Of a stretch of DNA of 64,000 nucleotides, positions 56,908-64,000 are shown one piece after another (position 1 is the stretch's first letter; each line of letters opens with the position of its first letter). The translations under genes were made by a program, and so were the position numbers. Under the pieces are notes generated by a model that was not told the DNA's origin, ran no database searches, and was given only the letters and a program-made list of their open reading frames with translations. The stretch is from NCBI RefSeq assembly GCF_009914755.1, contig NC_060938.1; one strand, 5' to 3'. Source of the stretch: the human T2T-CHM13v2.0 reference genome, Homo sapiens.

Positions 56908-58907
56908 AACACATTAATGTCAGACAAGCCCTGTCGACATCAGTCCAGGTGAAATTGAAGTAAGAAGATACTACCAACATTTTGGATTTGTTACTTCACA
57001 TTGGCAGAATATAAACCAAAAGAGGGGCTATGTCTAACATGATCTATGAACTAAGTATTTTTCAATGGCATCATAGTTCAGTATGTGGAGAGGAGCATCA
57101 TTGGAGTAGAGTAGTATCTTAGATAGAATTTAGGATCCAAAGCCAAAATTACCTTTGAAAATCTCTTTCATCACCCACAGAGCGTTAGTATTAAACCCTC
57201 TCTTAGTAAGTCCAACTCAGTTTTTCTTTCAGCATATCAATAGATCACTATTTCCTTGGCTGGGCATTGAATGAAATAATTTACACTCACTTTTAAGAGC
57301 TATACTGAATGGGAGCATGGAAACGTCTTCAATTATAAGAAGTACACTCATAACAGTGAGAATGTTGCATCAGAAAATTGCTTTAGAAACGATGTTCTCA
57401 TAGCACATTCATATAGGGGCATTCTTTCATCAAGTAGAATGCCAGGTGAAATACAGGTAGTTATAAAATTGATTATTATGTCTGTGTGTATGTATCTGTG
57501 TATGTGTGTTGCCTTTAGCTGGGCATGTAGAGTAAACACACTGTGTTGTAAATGCAATGCCACCATAATGGATTCAGTTTGGTGACTTCGTTGGGTGCAT
57601 TTTTGTAGACTGTTGTTCAATCTGTTCGTTTCTGAATCACACAGACATTGCCTAATGTTTATTCAAACTTATCAAGCTTAAGAATATTCTTTAACCTTCT
57701 TATAACAGGCCCCACTGTTCCACCTGCTGAGACTCAAACAAACACCAGTGTGTCTTAAGAATGTCTTTGCTGCTGCTGCAGTTAGATGCTTCCTCAGGGA
57801 TCCTAGGAAGAGCAAGAGCCCAGGAAACTCCATCAATGTTACAGCTATGTGCCTGAGCTTTGGTTAATCTTCTAGAACTTGTAGCTGAGGTAGAAGGAAT
57901 GGGTGGTAACACACCTGAAACTTTAGTTTGGAATAGATCAGAACATTCTTTTCTCTGTCTTACAAGTAAAGCTTCTGGCATACTGCACCCTTTCAAACAT
58001 CCCTACGCCTGTTCAAAATAAGATCATGATAGCTCTATCTTCATAGAATACTTTCTCTCTGTTTAAGAGGTTCCCACTTTAAAAAATAAAAAGGTCCACA
58101 AGGCTTGAATCCACTTGAATTGTCTAAAACAATTATAGTGTCTTCTATCTGAGAAAAAATGTTTGTGTCCATTAAATGTTATCATTAGTGGCCTTGATGA
58201 TAATGAGTCTAAGCCAGAGCTTCTAAATAGGAAAGGGTTCATTTGCTAAACAGGCCCTTGTGGGTCAGGGGAAAACTGTCCCTTCATAACTGATGACTGA
58301 TATAATTCAGCAAGCCTGAGCTTAATATGAATGTGCTGGCCTCTTTGTAGTATAATCTGATAGTGTGTACTGCAGGACTTCGGACAGTTACAGCAAGAGA
58401 TGTCGCTCATTTATATTAAAAATAAAAATGGTAATTTTTCATTTTTACTTCTCTTGGATGATTGTAAAACTAACAACTACATCTGCATTTGACATGAACA
58501 ATGATTTATAAAGAACAGTCTGTAAGACTCAATAACCTTTAGAAGTTAATAAACTTTAAATGATATGCAAATGGAGAATGAAGACTGTATATACATTCTA
58601 AAAGTAATAGTGCAGGAAGTAAGCATAAATGGATCAGTAAACTAATATATCCACTAGGATGTATTAATCTCCTAGTCTAAAAAGAAGAAGGAGTGGAAGG
58701 TTGAGGGGGAGGTGGGGAAAGAAAAGAAGGAGGAGGAAGAGGAGAAGGACTTGCTTAAATGTGTATTTAAATTTCAGTTAAATAACACTAAAATCTTTGT
58801 GAAAAAAGTAGACATTCACATTTTTTAAATTAGGAAAAGAGCAAAATAATAAAGGAAATGTATTAACCCAAGGGAAACTTTAATCAGCGAGTAATCTTAG
58901 TTTTCAC

Positions 58908-59090
58908 ACAGGCAGTATACAGTGTAGTAAGAAGAGCATGAAGCTCAGAATCAGAGGAACCAGGTTACACTTCCAACTTTGCTTGACATTAGGTAAGTCA
59001 CTTCACCACCGGGTCTTTGCTTTTTCTTTGTCTTTCTCACAGGGTTTGGTTATGCTCAAAGTAGAGTATGTACATCAGAGTATTCCACAA
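58908..59090 (+). mobile_element. MIR
   Basis: aggcagtatacagtgtagtaagaagagcatgaagctcagaatcaga...gtaagtcacttcac. Confidence 0.55.
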
Positions 59091-61308
59091 ATTATTCTTT
59101 TTTAGTAAGTTGTACTTAATTGAGTGGAAATGAGTTCAACTCCCTACTCTGCCACTAGCGAGAAGTATGATCTGTGGCAATTCCCTACATCTCTAGGGAC
59201 CTGGAGAGGAGGGGTTCTGTTGTCACAGAATCCATGTGGTTTCTTCCAGTTCAAAGCTCTGGTTATACAGTACAAAAACTACAGGCCAGTAACCCTTTCC
59301 ATCAATTTTCTCAGTGACCGGTGAATTTCTAGGAAGAAAAAAAAATACAAAGAGCTCTTGGTGGCCTGAAAGAGTTAATGTGGATTCCTGAACAGCCTAG
59401 TGACAACCAGAGAATAATTATATTTGGTTGATTATGACAAAGAATCTGATCTCATTTGTAGTGCCAAAGCTGTCAAGCCCCATGCACCAGAAGCCTATCA
59501 CCAAATATTAATTTACCTGTTGTGTGCATCTCATAACTGACAGCTATGAATCCCATATCATTTTTGGTGGCCTTCCCACTGACATGTTCTTTGATTAAGA
59601 AAATAGTAAGCCAGAAAGCCAGTGTGTCTGTAATGTGGCCACCTCAGTTTAGCCTCCTTATTATGCTGGAATATTTTCCCCTAAATTAGATTTCCTGTCT
59701 TCATAGTGGCAGTTTACATGAATTTAATACATTACAAAATGTGCAGTTCCCTTGAGATTCTGTGATAGATTGCAGTATTTGAAGCCCATGTTTCCACGGG
59801 AAATAAAAACCTAGGCCATGGCCAAATATTTTATCAGCTTAGCATTATCTTGAGATAATGGCACTATTAACGCTTGTCAACCTTCTCAGCTTCCCAGGTC
59901 TTGTGTTGGCTCTTTTCTTGCTTCTGACCAAGGTGTTGAAAGCTTTAAAGCTCTGAGCTACACCAGCAATAACCAACCTTGATAGGTACCCTTTATACTA
60001 TGTTGTCTGGCATATAACAATGCACAATGGGCTCCTCTTTTCTTTTCTCCTCAATGATACTGAATCTGATGATCAATTAAGCTACATGGGATGAGATTAC
60101 TTTATATTACAGCTTGGCTGTGATTGGCTGCTAAAGCCATGTCAAGGGATGACAGCATAGCTGTGAGCTCTTACTATAGGATGTCTGAAAGAAGGGACAT
60201 CATGTAAGAGAAAGGCAAAACACAAAATCCAAAGACTCAGCAAAGTGAAATCTAAAGACCCAGGAACAACAAATTACCAGCTAGGAAACATCAGAAGCTC
60301 CTAGATGAAATCGAAATGGGCAATTAGAGGCAAATCTTTCATTGGTTTATTCAGATCCATTTAGCTAAATGAAAAATAAAATAAAAGATCAAGACTTATA
60401 TGACTACATACACTTATTTTGGCTCTTTCCCTCTTCCATATCTGTCTTTACTTTTAGTTGTCTGTCCAGGAGTTGGGTTTCTATAGGTTGAGAGTTGTTT
60501 TTGATTTCCTATTTACACTACTTTTTTTCTTATCTCACATTTTCCCTACATAAAGCTTCTGTCTGGGCAAAGGGTACATTGCTCCCTAAGTAATTCAGAA
60601 AGTCATTTCTCAGTACACATCTCTGCTTTGCCCTTAAATTTAAATTCTGGTGCCTTAATAGTCACCAGCTAACTTTTATTAGTAGGCTGTGCTCTACATA
60701 CTTACTGACAACTGAAAATTGACTTTTCTATTTTTGGTAATATTCCAACCATGGCCTAAAAAACAACTGCATATGCATATGCATGGTAGTAGTCTAGGTG
60801 CAAGGAGAATGTTCAATTAGAGCTAAGCTTTCACTTGATATTCTGTTGTAACAAAGGCATGAAAGAGTTGAAATCAAAGACATGTTAGATTCACAAGCAG
60901 TGACTTAGAGATTGTTTTTATAATCTTTATGTAAAAGGTAAAAGTTGGAATTTAATCATATGCCAAAAAATATAACTTTAAAAATGAGGACTCTGGTTTT
61001 AATCAAATGTCATCAGAATTGGAAAAGGATCAATGTAAGTATTTCTTGTAACTGCAATGAGTCAGTCATTCCCCTCACATGTTCTGCATAGTCTCAAATA
61101 ATTTGAATGAGAATTCTACTTCCATTTTCTGAGAAAATCGGCTCACATATACTGTCATGCATAGTAGCTATACAATTTGCATCAGTTTAAGGGAATCACT
61201 TTGTGGGATGAAGACAACAAAGTCTGTGCCTCCCTGTTCATGGAAATAATTTATTTTGCTTGGACTTGGAAGTAAGGAGGGAGAAAAATACAGTAGTAAT
61301 ATCACCTT

Positions 61309-61666
61309 TGATATGGTTTGGCTCTGTGTCCCCACCCAAATCTCATCTCAAATTGTAATTCCCAACGTGTCCAGAGGGGGAGCTGGTGGGAGGTGATTGG
61401 ATCATGGTGGTGGTTTCCCCCATGCTGTTCTTATGATAGTGAGGGAGTTCTCATGAGGTCTGATGGTTTAAAAGTGGCAGTTTCCTCTGCATGCTCTCTC
61501 TCCTGCTGCCATGTAAGATGTGTCTTTCTTCCCTTTTGCCTTATGCCATGATTGTAAGTTTCCTGAGGCCTCCCAGCTATATGGACTGTGAGTCCATTAA
61601 ATTTCTTTTCCTTATAGATTACCCAGTCTCAGGCAGTTCTTTATAGTGTTAAAATGGGCTAATACA
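61309..61666 (+). mobile_element. MaLR solo LTR (MSTA/THE1D-like), perfect TSD acctt
   Basis: tgatatggtttggctctgtgtcccc...ctaataca; acctt at 61304-61308 and 61667-61671. Confidence 0.92.
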
Positions 61667-61794
61667 ACCTTACAGCTAGCTTTAGCATTCACGGTAGGTA
61701 TTGAAAGTTTCTGTGAAAGTATGATAGCATGCTTCATGAGGAACACACAAGAACATGTCGCATACTTCTGATAATCATTGAGTTCGCAACATGA

Positions 61795-62233
61795 TGCAGT
61801 CTGCAGGTCAGTTCCTTGAAGAGCAGACTCTAAAGCAGAGATTTTCATAGAAGTTTATTGAGGGTAGTTCTTCAGATACATAGAGAGATATCAAAGTGAA
61901 GACAGAAGGACTAGGTAGAGGGGAGGGTTGAAGTGTAATGTAGGCCCAGTCTTAGCCAGTACTGTCAAGATCTCTAGAGCTGAGATGCTATTCAAAGTAA
62001 TCCCAAAATGGCACAAGAGGCTAGGCCTTTATACCCTGACATGGAACAATCAGTGGATGTGAATTGCTCTGGGAAGGGGACATCCCCTTAGGTGAAGATG
62101 CTCTCTTCAACTGAGGTCAAGTACCAGAGAGGGACACAACACTCTCAACCACAGACTCTCCCAAATCCTGGGAAAAATGGCCACCTAAGTCCTCAAGGGG
62201 AAATCTGGGCAGCGCATTTTAGTATCTACTACA
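61795..62233 (-). mobile_element. ERVL LTR16-type solo LTR
   Basis: gcagactct...gaagtttattgaggg...ggcctttataccc...ctctcttcaactgagg...gggaaatctgggcagc...ctactaca is antisense LTR16. Confidence 0.7.
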
Positions 62234-62251
62234 GGAAGAGTGTATAATAAG

Positions 62252-62510
62252 AAGGCAGCATGATAGATTTGGGAACAGATGAGCTTTGAATTTAGACAGA
62301 CCTACATTCAAAGATTGGATCAGACAATGACAAAATATGATAACCCTAGCCAAATTGTTTAACCTTTAGAAGTCTCTGCTTTCCCATCTGAAAACTGGGA
62401 ATGAGAATATCTCCCTCACTCTGCTGTTGTGATTATTAAGTTAGACATTATATATAATATGCTCCCATTGTGCCTGGCACATGTTAGATGTTCAATAAGC
62501 ATTGGTTCTA
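62252..62510 (+). mobile_element. MIR (near full length)
   Basis: aggcagcatg...agacagacct...ttcccatctgaaaactggga...gtgcctggcacat...tcaataa. Confidence 0.75.
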
Positions 62511-62544
62511 TACTCCTCACTGCTCATTTTATACAAAAAGAAAA

Positions 62545-64000
62545 TTAGTCAACTAATTTTTTGAGCATCTACTACCTTCTGAGCACTATGCTAGTACTGT
62601 TAGAGGGTAAGAATAAATATAAAGCATGTCCCTGTCCTGAAGTACTTATCACTTAGTTAGAACAAATAAGACTAACACAAATAAAATCAGTGCAAATAAT
62701 AACATTATAAAATCATTGAATATTAAATTAAATGTTTGTTTGTAGAAAAAGATCAATGACAGCCAGACTAATCAGGCAAGGAACAAACAAACAAGTTTTA
62801 TCAAAGAAGTAATTCTTGACATGGGCTTTAAAGGGCAGGTCAAATTTAAGTACTTGGCAAGAGAAATAAAACATTCTGAAGAGGGAATCCTTACAGAGAC
62901 AGAAGAGAAAGAGCAGGGCTTTCTCTGATTTGAGTGTCATTGTGTATTTGGAACTACGCAATTTTGAATAGCCATTCATAAACTGCCACCCTGCAGTTCA
63001 GCCTAATCCCTCTAGAGCTGTTGAAAAGCTGACTCTCTTTAACCTATTAAAATAACATGGGACTAGTGAAAACTGAGAATGTGTGTCAGAAAGAGTGAAA
63101 CCAACGTTTATTTGTATGGGTACACATTGATCCCTGACTTCTACTCACCTTCATTTTGCACCTTACTCCCCTATTAGAAAAGTCACTTGCACACTAAATC
63201 TGGTTTATGCAACTACTAAAATGCTTAGTCATAGGCTGAATTGTATTAGCATGAGCTGTGTGCAGATAAGTCCTTCCTTGACTTCCTGTATATCTGGCAC
63301 TGATCTGCTACTGTCAGGATCTGAAGGGCAAAGGCCATGTTTTGTTCATTTCTGTATTCTCAGCATCCAACATAGGAATGATTACCTAATCAGGAATGGA
63401 CAAAATGAATTTGATGGCAGTGAGTGAATTTACCTAATCAGAGCATGTTGTAAAGTAAAAGCATAAAAGATCATCAGACAGGTAGTGAAATTATGAAAGA
63501 CATTGACAAGTGTCAAGTAGGTAAGGTAGCTCAGACGTGAAGTAAGAGTGATTGTGATTTTGAATCAGAAGAGTTATATAATCAAAGTTGTTTAAGGTGG
63601 AATTATTTAATAGCCAATTATAAGATAGAAGAGACAGCAAGAAGCTATAGGGGAAAAAAACAGACAATTTTACTGGTAAGTTGGATGTAATTTACCAATT
63701 ATAATTAGATAAAAAGTTTAATAGTACAAAGACAGCTCCTGGATGAAAGTTCAAGACATAAGAAAATGTGAAAGTCACAGGCACAGATTTAACAGTTGAA
63801 ACCAGTATAATAAATGTGTTCTCCAAAAATGGGAATTAGAAGGAGAGAACTCCAAACTCAGAACTAAGCCTTGGGGAATTCTCACAGTTGATCAGATACA
63901 CAGTAAGAAAGACCTGGCATTGACTAGAAATAAAAAAGAAAGGAGTGGTTCCATGAGGGTGGAGGTGACCAAGCATACCAGAAGTTACCAAAAGGCCCAG
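62545..64000 (-). mobile_element. Cluster of L2 fragments (mostly antisense; a sense 3'-end piece near 63300-63430)
   Basis: ttgagcatctact...cactatgctag...gtccctgtcctgaagtactta; gaactaagccttggggaatt; gaagggcaaaggccatgttttgttc. Confidence 0.5.

Overview
AT-rich, CpG-poor primate (most likely human) genomic DNA, either intergenic or deep-intronic. I could not support any host protein-coding exon, RNA gene or CRISPR array. The window is dominated by transposable elements. (1) A near-full-length, dead L1PA3/L1PA2-type LINE-1 lies at 30434-36466 with a 13-bp TSD. Its YY1-bearing 5' tip is replaced by 14 foreign nt, its antisense ORF0 frame is open, and it keeps a 975-aa ORF2 remnant. (2) An ancient two-LTR ERVL (LTR16-type) provirus at about 13613-19184 carries nested MER4, L1MA, MLT1 and MER85 insertions. 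(3) There are older L1MA/MC/MD fragments, six Alus, several MaLR/ERV solo LTRs, L2/L3/MIR relics and microsatellites. The most unusual direct observations are a ~128-bp locally duplicated segment interrupting an old L1, a short L1 with an 18-nt 3' transduction, and the 5' junction of the large L1. I found no evidence for a novel multi-gene system. Subfamily names come from recalled consensus sequences and need RepeatMasker/Dfam confirmation.
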